A stretch of DNA of 63,327 nt, filler included, from Vannella sp. (lineage: Eukaryota): the NCBI GenBank assembly GCA_023345925.1. It is 8 parts of 8 records of this genome, joined end to end, with 100 filler letters (N's around TTAATTAATTAA, not from the genome) between each part and the next. Parts side by side here need not be neighbours in the genome. Positions count along the whole stretch, not along the records: positions 24,020 to 34,561 come from JAJQQN010000162.1; positions 34,662 to 43,573 come from JAJQQN010000794.1; positions 43,674 to 54,021 come from JAJQQN010001256.1; 5 more parts are not named here. One strand, given 5' to 3'. Each line of letters starts with the position of its first letter. Within the stretch, counting starts at the first letter, position 1. The notes below the pieces were generated by a model. The model searched no databases and was not told where the DNA came from. It was given only the letters and a program-made list of their open reading frames with translations. A program made the translations under genes and the position numbers. Below, piece after piece: positions 33,000 through 46,093 of this stretch.

Positions 33000-34100
33000 G
33001 GAGCCGAATGAGAGGAAATGCTTTTGCCTTCCTTGTTTGCATCCTTTCTTTGTTAGAATAGCCGTTTTCCCATTCATTAGGATGCCGTTGGGCAACCACA
33101 CGCTCATCCTTTCTCTCGAAGGGGGCCTTTGCGCTTTTGGGGACAACAGCTGTGGCCAACTCGGTCACAAGAACAATCAATCGCAACCAGTGGTAGTCCC
33201 CTGGAATGGCCCGGAGCTGGTTCAGGTGGACTGGAGGGCGGTGTGTGGGAGGCTGGTCTTTGCCAGTTTTCTGTCCATTCTCTTAGCTTCAAGCGAGTCC
33301 CAGGACTCCCTTATATCGTTTCGATTGCTGATGGTGCGTATCATAGTGCCGCAATAGACACTGAAGGCGGCCTTTGGGTGTGGACGAGCAAGACCGATCT
33401 TTCTTGGGCGCTAATCCCTCCCCAACGAGTAGATGGTCTCTCATCACTTCTCAAGGTTGCTTGCGGCGATGACTTTCTGGTGGCAGAGGCCGAAGAAGGC
33501 CTCTGGGTGTTGGGCGACAACTTATTTGGGCAACTGGGCCTCGGCCACACTAACAGCGCTCTCCAACCGACCCTTATTCAGGTACAGCATCGTTCACAAG
33601 GACCTCTTCGCTGCCTAGTGGCCCTCAACGATGGAGTGATTCTCATCGATTCGGAAGGGAGCGTCTTCTCCACTGGAGCCAACTCTGCTGGCCAACTCGG
33701 GCGCTTTTCTGGAGACAATTTGCTTCATCGAATCAGCAACATCCCTCCCATGCTTGCAGCTTCCTGCGGATGTGGGCACACACTCTCTCTGGATGAGAAC
33801 GGCGGCATCTGGACCTGGGGATTCAATGGATGGGGGCAATTAGGGACGGGAAACACTTTTGAACAGAGTCATCCCGCTCTCGTCCCTTCATTGAAAGGAA
33901 TAAGCGGCCTGGGTGCCGGTGCTTGCCATTCTTTTGCTTTCCAACAGGAAGGCGGCCTTCTGGTCTTCGGACACAACGCCAGCGGACAACTCGGACTCAA
34001 CCACACCACCAACCAAACCACTCCCACATTTTCACCTGTACAGCCCGCTCTCCCTCATTCCTTAACATTCAGCAGAAATAAGAGTGCCCGTTTCCTTTGA
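33000..34100 (+). pseudogene. Intronless RCC1-repeat gene with a frameshifting deletion near 33232
   Basis: HTLILSLEGGLCAFGDNSCGQLG...VQVDW in one frame continues as LEGGVWEAG... in another, missing the expected GxxHSxxxD segment; ends RNKSARFL. Confidence 0.75.
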
Positions 34101-34380
34101 CACACTCCCGCTTCAAAGAGAGTGATTTTTTGCCCTTTTCATCCACTTGATACTCCCAAACCTTTTGCTAGCATGTTTCAAAGTTGATCTCTTCACTTGA
34201 CCCCTGCCGGGCACCTTCGAAGGAGAGTTCCAACGGAATGGGAAGAGTGCAAATCTAACAGAAGTTGCCAAAGTAAAATAGAACCAAGTGATCGTCGGAG
34301 TTCAGGAAGCAGTTCGTTTTCTTTCGTTTTCAATCGTAATGGAGGGTTTATGGAGGGTGCAGTTCTAACATTCCTCGATC

Positions 34381-34561
34381 CTAGAGAAGAGAGCATTTTC
34401 GATGCCGTATGACCCCTTCTGTCATACCGCTCAGGTCCATTCTGATCTCACGAACAAGCTGGTAGAAAGCGTTCTCAACGTTTACAAGATCTTTGGCGGA
34501 GGCTTCGAAGAAAGGGCAGCCAAAGGACTTGGCCAGGTTCTGGCCTTCCTCTTCTGTCACT
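34381..34561 (-). CDS. C-terminus of a Ras-family GTPase, 5'-partial; absent from the ORF track
   Basis: VTEEEGQNLAKSFGCPFFEASAKDLVNVENAFYQLVREIR...RKCSLL-TAG: G5 box and CaaL prenylation motif. Confidence 0.9.
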
Positions 34562-34661
34562 NNNNNNNNNNNNNNNNNNNNNNNNNNNNNNNNNNNNNNN
34601 NNNNNTTAATTAATTAANNNNNNNNNNNNNNNNNNNNNNNNNNNNNNNNNNNNNNNNNNNN

Positions 34662-35612
34662 TGTTGCTCTTTGGAGCCTTTTCTAAAGCCCAAAGACGAA
34701 TGCTTCGAGTGTGAACCAATGAGAGAGTCTCTTCTTGACATCATCATCATCTTCTTCGTAGTGGGTGATCCGAGCGCGAATTCCGGTCTGATTGGACTTC
34801 CGATAATGGAGTGAACTTAGCGATAGGCAAGGAGCGATCTCCTATCCAGCAGTTCTATGCATCGAAGGGATCTTGATGCTCTCAGGGAATGGGAGGATCT
34901 GTCATTTCTCGTTGATTTTCTGGAGCATTCTCCGCCGTATGAATGATCCTCTGTTCCAACTGGACATTCAGATCTTCTGCTCCAGTACTCCTCATTGCTC
35001 TCTTTCAATTCCTCTCTGTGAGAAGCGAATCTCTTTCCTTCATCACCTCTTCCTCACTTTTTCCACTTTTCATTCATTGCGAGATGAACAGCGCCGTGCA
35101 GTAGTAAGTAGCGTTGGCCAATCAATGAGTCATTCCGTGGATTCTCGGGAGGCGTTGGCATGAGTAAATGTCAATGTCTATCAGCTGGTTCGTTCGGAGA
35201 ATGTAGGAAGTTTACGATAACGTAAGGCTCTTGTGATGATAACTGAAGAGACATTGAGTGACCGAAATCCTTCCGAGAGTCAAACAGCACGGAGGATTGC
35301 TGAAGAGTCTTGAGGGACCGTGTAGAACACTGTCAGCTTGGGAATTACTGAGATATTCACGTGAAGCTCCCTGTGCTCGGGGGGCTTCGGCCATAAGGAT
35401 CCACGTCTAGTCGCAGAAAGTTGAAAACCTGAAAACATATAAAAATCCGGTTCCGCCCACTCAACATCGATTTTGGGCCCTTTTTCTGGTTGCAGGTGGA
35501 GTGTCACCTTGCCTCGTGGATTTTCTCTAAAAGGCGCTTCTTCTGCATGACTTGAGCACACAATCATTCGCTCGTCATTGCATCGAGAAGGAAGCCAATT
35601 CATGGTCATTGT
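34662..35612 (-). CDS. Possible multi-exon gene of unknown function, running into the contig end
   Basis: Open frame MTMNWLPSRC...VFYT plus further short open segments separated by plausible GT-AG pairs; exon structure not resolved. Confidence 0.3.
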
Positions 35613-35688
35613 CATGCTGGCCTTGGGGAAGGCGCTTGATGGCGTGGCCGGGTCTTTGGCGTTGCAGAGCGGGGTTTTGGAGGATGCA

Positions 35689-38600
35689 ATGGCAGTAATG
35701 ACCCATTGGATGGCCCTTTTGCAAGAGGGAGGGAGCGTCAACCCCTTTTCTGCTTTGTCCTGCCACCCAGAGACGGGCCCCTTTCTGGGTGCGCTCCTGC
35801 GTCCTCGCGGCCTGTTCGTGCATGACCAAGGTGAAAAGATCATCGCATTGGTGTCTTTTGTGAGCCTTACTGCTGCTGCTGCTGCAGTCAAAGCCCAGCG
35901 CGACCTCCTTGAGGAACAAAGTCTCCCCAGGGCGTTTCTCATTCCTTGCGGACAGGAGAACCCCCACTTCCGCCTACTTGCCAATCTGTATGATGAAGGT
36001 GACCCAAAGGCCTTCACTGAGCTGCTATCCCAGCTACTGGGAGCCTCTACAAGGATCCCAGAAGGGAGAGACGAGATTCAGCCACTTGTCGACCACATGT
36101 GGCGCTCTGGATGGCTCCGATCGATCCTCTTGAAGACAATAGATCGCAGACGAATCATGTTTCCTGCAGAGAGCGAGTCGCTGCCACTTCTTGGGGATCC
36201 AACTTCCCTCCAACTCGTCCTCATGGACGAGTCCTCCTCCGCGGAGCTGTTTTCTGAAGCACTTTCCCTCTTGGCAGAAGTTTCAAGGGATCTGAGTGTG
36301 CAAGAGAGACTTTCAAGTGACTGCCTTGCTCGATTCTTGTCTGCCTGTGATATCTCTGAAGGAAGCCCGCTTCTCGAGCTTCTGGATGATCTGAAACATC
36401 ATTCAGAGTACTCTAAAGATACTCAATCCATCAGAGAATGCCTTGAAGCCCTCCAAGACCGTGTTACGAAGGCTACTAGAACCGAAATTGACATTCTTTC
36501 GGTCATTCCTTTGTCCCAAGCCTCTCTCATTCATTGCGATAGACTTAAACAAGAAGCCAACAGGCACTTCGCTTCTGGTGACTTCACAGAAGCCATCCAA
36601 TTGTATACAGAAGCTCTCATTCAGGCTCCGGCTCATCCTTTAATCTGTGCGAACCGAGCTGCAGCCTTCCTTGGGTGCTGTAAGTATATTGAAGCAGTGG
36701 AAGACTGCGAGATGTTTCTGTGCCAGAGCGTGTGGCGAGGAGAGATGGGAAATCAAAGTCTCTTTCACCAACTCACTTGTAAAGTTTACTTTCGACTTGC
36801 TACCGCCTTGAACGCTTTGGAGAGGATTCCTGAAGCCATTGCAGCTTCTTCTATGTGTTTTGAGTATGAATCTGCAAAGAAAGCGCAGTGGGAGCTTCAT
36901 CAAACACTTCTTTCTCGTTTACCCAGCTGCCAGCAAGCCATTGGACTCCTTCTGCCTTGGATCCCGTCCACTCCAGAAGTTGGTGTCAACTCATGGCCGT
37001 CATATGTCCCTGCTTTCCAACTTGATGAAACGCCACGAGTGTTCCGCTCCCTGTTATTGGGTGATAATAGTTCCTCATTCCTCTCTTCACTGCTTCAACT
37101 TCACTACGATCTTCATTGCCAACGTGTGCAATCACTGGAAACTTTTTGCCCTCTTAAGAGAACACAACTTCACTTCGAAGTACTGGACGTGTGCCCTCTC
37201 TCTGCGGCAAAGCAGATTATTTCACTTGTATTAGCTACCACACGGTTCCCTGGAGGAATCAATTTGAAAGAGCTATCAACTACACAGATAGAGCGACCAT
37301 TCTTGCAACTCCTTTATACAATCCTGTATCAGCTCGTCCAGGACTCTACCGATTGGTCCCATTTCCAGAGAGAATATCCATGGCTTCGCTGGAGTGCAGA
37401 ATTGCTTGTCGAAGAGGTTGCAATTGAGTCACTGTGTTACTTTAAATCGCTAGTGCGTCACCATTGGCAGGGATGGCTTCAGTACACTGCTCGGGAACTT
37501 AGTTCCTCCAAATCTATCACGCAAAACCCCCTTTTGATGAATCCTCACTCTGGTCTTAGAATCTTTGGCTCTCCCTTCCAAGAAGACCTTTCAGAGGAGC
37601 TTCTGACTTGTTTCTGTCGAGCCACTCGGATTGCCGGACAACTGACTGAGGAAGAGTACCAAGAGGCGAATCCCTCAGACTTTCTGTGTGAAACCTCAAT
37701 CACCTACCACTGTTCAGCATTTGACTTCCGCCCTGCTACCAATAGTGCTGGCATGTACGACTTGGTACATCTGGGACAAGTGAATCATTCCCTTCTTCCT
37801 CTTTTAGCATTTGCTCGTCCAATTCTGAGAGGAAAGGATGCCAGAATCATCAGCTCCTTTAAAATCACCTCTCTAACGAAATCCGAATGGTTTGGAGAAC
37901 TCCAATCTTATTTCCGTGCTTCTATTAGAGAAATTGAAGTACTATTAGGTCTAATAGCTGAAGCAGATTGCGGAAATGGTACTATTGAGTGGTGCACTCC
38001 CACTTCTTTCCCTCACGAAAACCTGAAAGTGGAGTTGGAACAACTTTGGGAGATCATTATTACAGATTGCCGCGAACTCTCCTCCGTTGGTGATAAGAGT
38101 ATGAACAACCTTTCATATTGGTCTGTCCTTCGGGTACTTCAGTGGCGATCAACACAACCAGGCCACTTATCTGACGACAATGCCAAGGTACTGTCGGACA
38201 GTCTCGATGCATTTTTCATCGATCAATCCGAGTATGACAGTATCTACGCTCTCTCCACGTGTGTTTCATATACCAGATTGCAAGAAGCAACACAATCTCA
38301 CCTATCCGCTCTGAGCACGGCGAAATTGTCGGAGATTTATATTTTGCCAATCTTCGGGAATTCCCAGCTTCTCCACTCCTTTGTGCGGTGGAATCCTCTT
38401 TATGAGCCTGATGTGGCAAAGTCTCCCACGCGATGCATCATTTTATCCTGCCTGCTTTCCCGCGAAGTGATCGCTCGCTTGGAGGGAGAAGCTTTGTTTG
38501 ATTTTCTGACGGAGGAAGCCATCGGGAGAGATATGCAAGTAATTGATGCATTTTCGTACGTTCCTCAGATGAATCTCCTTTCATTTCACTATCCTAAAGA

Positions 38601-38718
38601 GTTCCTCGTCACCCAAGAAGAGGAAGATCATTTGGAAGCGACATTCTTCTTACTGGACCAAGACACTTACTTGCACGCCGCCCAGCCACTTCGAATCTTC
38701 ACCAAACGTCCAGCATAA
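35689..38718 (+). CDS. About 1000-aa protein with a 3-TPR clamp followed by a degenerate DUF4470-like (methyltransferase-fold) region
   Basis: LKQEANRHFASGDFTEAIQLYTEAL, ANRAAAFL, KVYFRLATAL; LLLGD...LHFEVLDVCPLSAAKQII and YDLVHLG motifs; start could be 35602. Confidence 0.7.
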   Translation: MAVMTHWMALLQEGGSVNPFSALSCHPETGPFLGALLRPRGLFVHDQGEKIIALVSFVSLTAAAAAVKAQRDLLEEQSLPRAFLIPCGQENPHFRLLANLYDEGDPKAFTELLSQLLGASTRIPEGRDEIQPLVDHMWRSGWLRSILLKTIDRRRIMFPAESESLPLLGDPTSLQLVLMDESSSAELFSEALSLLAEVSRDLSVQERLSSDCLARFLSACDISEGSPLLELLDDLKHHSEYSKDTQSIRECLEALQDRVTKATRTEIDILSVIPLSQASLIHCDRLKQEANRHFASGDFTEAIQLYTEALIQAPAHPLICANRAAAFLGCCKYIEAVEDCEMFLCQSVWRGEMGNQSLFHQLTCKVYFRLATALNALERIPEAIAASSMCFEYESAKKAQWELHQTLLSRLPSCQQAIGLLLPWIPSTPEVGVNSWPSYVPAFQLDETPRVFRSLLLGDNSSSFLSSLLQLHYDLHCQRVQSLETFCPLKRTQLHFEVLDVCPLSAAKQIISLVLATTRFPGGINLKELSTTQIERPFLQLLYTILYQLVQDSTDWSHFQREYPWLRWSAELLVEEVAIESLCYFKSLVRHHWQGWLQYTARELSSSKSITQNPLLMNPHSGLRIFGSPFQEDLSEELLTCFCRATRIAGQLTEEEYQEANPSDFLCETSITYHCSAFDFRPATNSAGMYDLVHLGQVNHSLLPLLAFARPILRGKDARIISSFKITSLTKSEWFGELQSYFRASIREIEVLLGLIAEADCGNGTIEWCTPTSFPHENLKVELEQLWEIIITDCRELSSVGDKSMNNLSYWSVLRVLQWRSTQPGHLSDDNAKVLSDSLDAFFIDQSEYDSIYALSTCVSYTRLQEATQSHLSALSTAKLSEIYILPIFGNSQLLHSFVRWNPLYEPDVAKSPTRCIILSCLLSREVIARLEGEALFDFLTEEAIGRDMQVIDAFSYVPQMNLLSFHYPKEFLVTQEEEDHLEATFFLLDQDTYLHAAQPLRIFTKRPA

Positions 38719-38786
38719 ACTAGAAGGGCCTACCAGATCCAGTTCCTCATCATCCACAAGAGTCAAGAGGCAGATAATTGATTCTT

Positions 38787-40733
38787 CTATTCTTTGGGAG
38801 GTCCTGGTTTGCGAAGCATCCGCAAAGGAGATATGCGGCGAACAACGGATTGGATTGCTGATTTCTCGGGGTCTTCATTGCGAAGATGCTGCTCAAGAAG
38901 GCTCCTATCAATGGTAGGATGGCGATTGGCCAAGTCTGTGGCATAATGGAACGATTTGGCTTCGACAAGTCGTTGGAATAAGGTTTGAAGTGTCGAAGCT
39001 GAAAGCTTAAGTGTGCGAGACCAATTGTATGCATCTGAGATACGTTCAAAAACGATTTGGAAGCTAATAAATTGGTCTGCCATGAGAAGAGGGACCTCAA
39101 GCTGAAGATGAGATAACTCTTTGATCAAAAGGAACAACTGATTCTCAGTTAACTCAATGTGGTTGGAATGAATGACTTCCCACATCTCTGCCACATCAGA
39201 ATTAACGCCGCGAGAGATGACTTGTTGGAAGATGGCAAAATAGGAGGCATTGGTGACCTTGACACCAATCTCTCTAAGATAATCAACCGCGTAAATCAGA
39301 CATTCGAGTCGCTCCTTCACTGGATACTTTTCGACAATAGATACAAAGAGAGTCTCATTCAGAGTAATCTGAGAGGTCTTCAAGCCCTCCATTACAGACG
39401 CAATTTCTTCCGGTGACTTTGCACCTGCCAGAGCAGCAGAAGCATAATGAGGCAGTGCCATGTGCGGTGGCAAAATGTCCCTTTCCAATATGTTCTGCAG
39501 CAAACCACGAGCATCCTCCATCCGCCGGTCCTCCAAAAGAAGATCAAGAGTCTTCGTGTAGACGTAAGGTCGAATGTTGCACTTGTGCCTCTCTAAGGAG
39601 TCGATAAGCTGCAACCCAAGGTTGGCGCTATCAATCTGAAAGACGATATTGAACCGGGGAATGGGCAAACCCGTTTCCAAGAGCCGATTGAGATAGTGTT
39701 TGGCGTCACTATTTCGCCGTAAGCGTGATAACAGTGAAATCAGGCGCAAATAGATGTCCGTAGTGATAGTAACAGGGTATTGAGGAAGGCTCTCGAAGAG
39801 GGCGATGGCTTCCTCTGCCTTACGGAACCGATCAAACCAAACTATCGTGTCCCTGATGGTGCGGCTGCGGATGTGCTGTCCCGTTTTCTTCATGCGAGCA
39901 AGTAGGGTCATGACTCCGTTGATGTCGTTCCTGTTCAACATGCTGAGAGCCAAGGCGTGGTAAGTGACGGGACCAATCGGCACTTCATTGTGGAACATCC
40001 ACTCCATCCATTGAAGGATCTTGTCCGTGTTCGCCTCAACTTTCGAAAAGTGGTGAAGCAACGGTGCCATGGTTACCTCAGAAGGCAGGTCGAGAGGATG
40101 AAGGTGAAAGAGAGACTCGGCGCGCTCTACTTCGCCCTTCTTGAGTAAGTAAGACGAGTAGTAGTACAGAGTATGTGCGTCTGGTGTGAGCACGTGTCTT
40201 TTCAAGTGTTCCATCAACTCAGAAGGAGACGACTGAGACCCTGAAGGGAGACGTTCCGCGTAGTAGCGAAGGATGGAGTTGTACATTCTAATTTGCTTGA
40301 ACTGGACCGAGGGAATGAACTGCAACGCAAGCTCAAGCTGATCAGCAGCAAGTAAAGCACTAATGATGTGGTAAGACGTCTCAGGAGCGATGGGGAAGCC
40401 TTTCGCTGTCGATTCATTGACTGCACTGAACATGCCAGCCCAGTCTCCTCTCGAAGACCTGTCTCGAATCGTTTGGTTCAAAGAGATTCTCGTATCCTTC
40501 CTTGCAAAGACCTTGGCCGCCGTTGGGGTATCAGGGAACGGCTTTTTCTCGTACTCCCAAGGTGGTAGCAGCTCATCCTCGCTCTCTTCCATCTCATACG
40601 CATCGCTATCGCTACCTGCATTCGTTGACAGTCGCTGGCATGAGTTCTTCCATGTCTGAACACTCAGAAGACCCAAGGGAGGGCCAAGGCAGCGAACCCG
40701 ACCTAAAGAAGCCAACATAAAATAATAACTCAC
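38787..40733 (-). CDS. Pentatricopeptide-repeat (PPR) protein, probably mitochondrial
   Basis: About 35-aa helical repeats (MYNSILRYY, VTYHALALSM, DIYLRLISLL, YVYTKTLDLL); presequence-like N-terminus. Confidence 0.85.
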   Translation of the reverse strand: MSYYFMLASLGRVRCLGPPLGLLSVQTWKNSCQRLSTNAGSDSDAYEMEESEDELLPPWEYEKKPFPDTPTAAKVFARKDTRISLNQTIRDRSSRGDWAGMFSAVNESTAKGFPIAPETSYHIISALLAADQLELALQFIPSVQFKQIRMYNSILRYYAERLPSGSQSSPSELMEHLKRHVLTPDAHTLYYYSSYLLKKGEVERAESLFHLHPLDLPSEVTMAPLLHHFSKVEANTDKILQWMEWMFHNEVPIGPVTYHALALSMLNRNDINGVMTLLARMKKTGQHIRSRTIRDTIVWFDRFRKAEEAIALFESLPQYPVTITTDIYLRLISLLSRLRRNSDAKHYLNRLLETGLPIPRFNIVFQIDSANLGLQLIDSLERHKCNIRPYVYTKTLDLLLEDRRMEDARGLLQNILERDILPPHMALPHYASAALAGAKSPEEIASVMEGLKTSQITLNETLFVSIVEKYPVKERLECLIYAVDYLREIGVKVTNASYFAIFQQVISRGVNSDVAEMWEVIHSNHIELTENQLFLLIKELSHLQLEVPLLMADQFISFQIVFERISDAYNWSRTLKLSASTLQTLFQRLVEAKSFHYATDLANRHPTIDRSLLEQHLRNEDPEKSAIQSVVRRISPLRMLRKPGPPKE

Positions 40734-40805
40734 GACTTTATCAAATCGCTTTCTAATTCAAACAATATAACGTTACAAGGAAGAGTGTCCCACAATAGTG
40801 TCGGT

Positions 40806-41327
40806 TCAGCCGAGGTGAAGATTCCGCCTCACTCTTCGTAGTAACCAGCGGAACGGCTGGTGACTGTGCGGATCGATAATGTTAGCTCCTTGAGGGGAAG
40901 CAACATCAGATGGTTGTAGAAGCTCTCTGTTCTTCGTTTCTGTTGGAGCACCAGCGGCGAGGAGGAGTTGGATGGCGGGGATGTTGTCTTCGCTTGCAGC
41001 CCAGTGGAGAGGTGTGTTGCCGTCATTATCAGCCAAGTTAATGTCAGCACCTCGCATCAAGAGGAGCTGGAGAACTTCAGGACTGGCCGATCGGCAAGCC
41101 CAATGCAAAGGAGACTCCCCAAAGTGGTTGGTCGCCGAAAGGGAGAGCCCATTATCAAGCAAACACCCAATCGTTTGCATGTTGTCCCCAAGAATGGCGT
41201 AATGAAGAAGAGTGGATCCCGTCTGGGAGACGTATCCAAACCTCTGCCGATAGGTCGCCAACTTCCTTTGATTGCAGTTAGAGTCGATCACCAGACGCAC
41301 TATCTTGGGCCATGTCTGGTTATCCAT
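40806..41327 (-). CDS. Small intronless ankyrin-repeat protein
   Basis: GSTLLHYAI, GESPLHWAC, GNTPLHWAA. Confidence 0.9.
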   Translation of the reverse strand: MDNQTWPKIVRLVIDSNCNQRKLATYRQRFGYVSQTGSTLLHYAILGDNMQTIGCLLDNGLSLSATNHFGESPLHWACRSASPEVLQLLLMRGADINLADNDGNTPLHWAASEDNIPAIQLLLAAGAPTETKNRELLQPSDVASPQGANIIDPHSHQPFRWLLRRVRRNLHLG

Positions 41328-41533
41328 TGCTACCGTTTAATGAGCGCCCAAAGCTTCCGAGGAAGCTTGTTCCCGAGGAAGCTTCTTCCCAAGAACAACA
41401 CCTTGACCATATCAGGTAATAAACCCATTCGTCTGGTGTGGGAGAGCCGGGAAAGTGGACAAAATCAGGCAATTGTCTTTAAAAGGTAAGTTTCCATCAT
41501 CACCTTGTTTAACATGGTGAATGAGAATCTCAT

Positions 41534-43304
41534 TTAGATGCCAATCCCTTGAAGGCGGGAGTTGAATGAGATGATCTCTTGAAGCTCTTGCTTAATCTCC
41601 TGGGGCAAAGCTTGATAAGGAGTTGTGTTGCGGAGGAACTCAAAGTGGATAACCACAAAATTGAAGCAACTCAAGCGCAAGTGAGCGGCCAAGTAAATGG
41701 AGGCCAGATGAAGCAGATCGCAAACGTTACTGACATCAATTCCGCTTTCTATAAAGGCTTCACACTTGGTTTGAAGAGAGACCTCATCGAATTGATGGGC
41801 GACTTTGAAGACATCCACCACTGTATCTTCTGTCAGATCGACATGGTCGCAATAGATATGCTCTAAGAGGATTAAGAATACACTCTTCTCCACCCCTGGC
41901 AAACTAATCTGTCTCATGGCGCTCTCTTTCATGCCGCCTTCCAGCATGGCTTGGAAATGAGGATTCCGGCTGCTCAGTATCAATCGATGGCCGTGGATTA
42001 AAGTGCCATCGTCTAGCAGAAAGCAGACATCAGAATACTTCTCTTGGTTCACCATGGCGCGGTAAGAAGACTGAAGAGTGGAAGGAGGAATACTGATTGG
42101 CTCAGAAGAGGCCACATAGTCTAAAGAGGGTAAGACATCAGCTTACTCTCATCTAAAGGCGCTTACCAATATCCAGATACCACACGTCCTTGAGAACATC
42201 AACCCCATCAAATCCACCTAAGATGTATAATCTCCGCCCAACCAGTCCGGCAGCTTGATAAGAACGACCAGGAGGGCGTTCACCCAGTCGAATCTTGATT
42301 GGACAACAACGCATCGTCCTCGTATCCAATATGTGGGTATCTCCCAGCCTCTGGCCAGTAGAATTCGAACCCCCAAAGATAATAATGCTGTCGTCCACCG
42401 AAAGAGCGCAATGTCCAGCCCGCTGCTCAGGTAAATTGCCCTCAATCTTCGGCTGAATCCACACTGCACTGCTCACACCAGTTTCTTGAGGAACGGCTCC
42501 AGTGTAGCACATGTCTAGAATATGGGCATCATTTAACCGACGTTTTGCTGCGCTGTAACCACCCAGAACGAACATTCGTTCTCCAATGGCGCAGGCTGCA
42601 TGAGCGAGTCGCTTCTGTGGTTTCTTTGCTGTTGCAGAGTGGAAAAGCCAACTCCTGATGCCTAGTAGATGGGATCAGAGCACCACCAGAGAGCGAACAA
42701 GTGAGAACCTACTCGTATCAAAGACATGAACATCATTCAGCCATCCTTGAGCATTACCCCCTCCGAAAATACATATTCTGGACCCCATGGCAACCGCTGT
42801 GTGCTCGTAGCGGCCTCTGGGGGCATCCATTGCCTCTCGGACCTCATTCCACTCCCATTTTGGCTTGTCTGAAGCAAGATTAACCTCATTTTGGTCCACA
42901 GAGGAGCTTTGTAGGTCTTACCAGTGTCAAGAACGAACATCTCATTCGAGATGGACGCAGTAGCCTTGAGGAAACCACCAAAGAGGAAAAGTTTGCTCCC
43001 AATTGCAGTTAACGAGGCATAACTACGGCGAGAGGGAAGTTCCCCCGTTACCATTGGCTTCTTCCACTGGTTTGTGCAAGTGTTGAACACCAACAAGGAG
43101 TTGTGATCTTCCGACCCGTCAAACCCACCAAAGAGGAAGATCTGGGTCCCAATCACTGCACATCCAGGCGCATAGAGCCCACCAAAGAACTGTTCACCCT
43201 TTGGTACAACCTTTGTCCACTTTCCATGTCGTTGGAGGCCCGTCTTCCCTCGTCAGCAACATTCCACAACATTGGAGCTCACTCACCAACCCCGCATTCC
43301 CCAT
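41534..43304 (-). CDS. Kelch-repeat plus BTB protein (LZTR1-like architecture), 4 introns
   Basis: Kelch motifs FLFGGFDG, PRGRYEHTAVA..ICIFGGG, RAGHCA..IIFGG; BTB YSDVCF...IHGHRLILSSRNPHFQAML; first exon MGNAGL. Confidence 0.88.
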
Positions 43305-43673
43305 CCTTCAACGAAATGAAATGAAATTCTCGAGAGAACCAAATTGGTGTTGATGATCTACACACTCAAAAAAAAATCAACAACCTATTCACTCTTCTTT
43401 CGAGGGCATTTTAAAAAATTCCTGGAAATTCGCTCAAGAGATTGAACGCCTTCATGACAGAGTTAAAGAACTCACTCCCCCAGCCGAGCAGCGTATCGGT
43501 GGCAGCTCATTCTGCTTGTTATCCAACTTACTCCTCTATGCAGACTATCGCAGCAACCAGAAGAACGCAGATGNNNNNNNNNNNNNNNNNNNNNNNNNNN
43601 NNNNNNNNNNNNNNNNNTTAATTAATTAANNNNNNNNNNNNNNNNNNNNNNNNNNNNNNNNNNNNNNNNNNNN

Positions 43674-44702
<1,029 letters not shown>

Positions 44703-44728
44703 AAGGTTCAACATAAAGCCTCTTCAAC

Positions 44729-46093
44729 TCATTTCTTTCCGAATGAGAAAGCCGGACGGCTAGTGCGTTGGAGAACAGTCATTCGTGCTGCTTCAAACCG
44801 GCGCTGATAGTCTTCAGAAAGCCTCTTAAAACCCTCACAATCGGAAGAGAATTGAGACAAGAATTGGGAGGTGTCGTCATCGAAGTTCCCAACAGAAGAG
44901 TACATGGACGGCCCAGGACTCATCTTCTTGTGAATAAGGCGATAGCCAGTCTCCATCGAAGCAAACCGGGAGTAAAGGCTCTCGTTGGCCTGCAAACCCG
45001 GATTCCCTTGAGCCAGTTGAAAGAGATCTCGAGAGTAAGCTTCCAACAGCGGCAGGAAGGTAAGGCTTTGGATCCAAGAAATAGGAATCTGAGATCCACC
45101 ATAGTAAGCGCCCGCAATTTGGCCATAAATGGCTCCAACAGTGTCCGAATCGTCGCCCATGTTTACTGCCCTGACTTGTCACCAGAAGCAGCAACGAGGA
45201 CAAAAGTCACTTACCGACTCTAAGGGCACCCTCTTCAAAGCTTTTGGTGTGGTAAAAGCTCCACAGGGCGGACTGAATCCACCGAAAATCCTCCGTTCCG
45301 AATGTCACCAGGAAACTGCTTTGTAGCGTAGCTCCCTGGAAGAAGAGTGTTCACTTCAGCTGATAAATCTGATAAGTCTGGATGGATCTGGGACGGTGAC
45401 GAGAGGGAAAAGAGCTCCTCCTTGGTCAAGGAACCAGCCAGGAAACTCATTAAGATACTTCCCATCAGTTTGCAGCAGTCCACTGCAAACCTTCCACCAT
45501 GAGTTAATCTTGATGACTCTGCACACCTCTGGATCCCAACGGAGAGATCCTTCTTCAAAGCAAAGAGCATAGGGAAAGGAGCCATACGCATTATTGATCC
45601 ATTTCCGGAGCAATAGTCCTCCGTTCCTCCCGCAAACACCTCTCCAGATGCTCTGTGCTTGTTCATACCTTGTAAAGTGCACTTCCCAATGTCAAAACTG
45701 CCCAAATGAGTCCAATCTGGCGACACGGGACATTTGGGGGCTCTCACCACTCTCCAGTGGAAGTGAGGTGGCCTTCTTCGAAGTAGAGACGGAACTTGTG
45801 GTGGATATCGATGTAGTTGACTTCGCCACGTTGTTGGATGAGAGACTCCGCCAGACATAAGGCCAAAGAGGTGTCATCGGTCCATTGTCCAGCGTAGAGA
45901 CCATGAGGGCCCCCTCCACGCATTCCAGTCACCTCCATAAAGCTCCCAGGAGCTGAGAACTCTACCAAACCCTCGTCAGAAGCTCCCAACCCATCCTAAC
46001 CGACACCCTCTCACCAACAGCAGCTCCAAGAGCATCTCCCACTGCCAGGCCCAAAAGCACCCCTCGGTACCGCTCCTCCGTCAAAGGTTCCAT
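44729..46093 (-). pseudogene. ADP-ribosylglycohydrolase (DraG/ARH3 family), spliced, with a frameshift near 45270
   Basis: [61 protein letters not shown] and ALWSFYHTKSFEEG lie in different frames. Confidence 0.75.
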
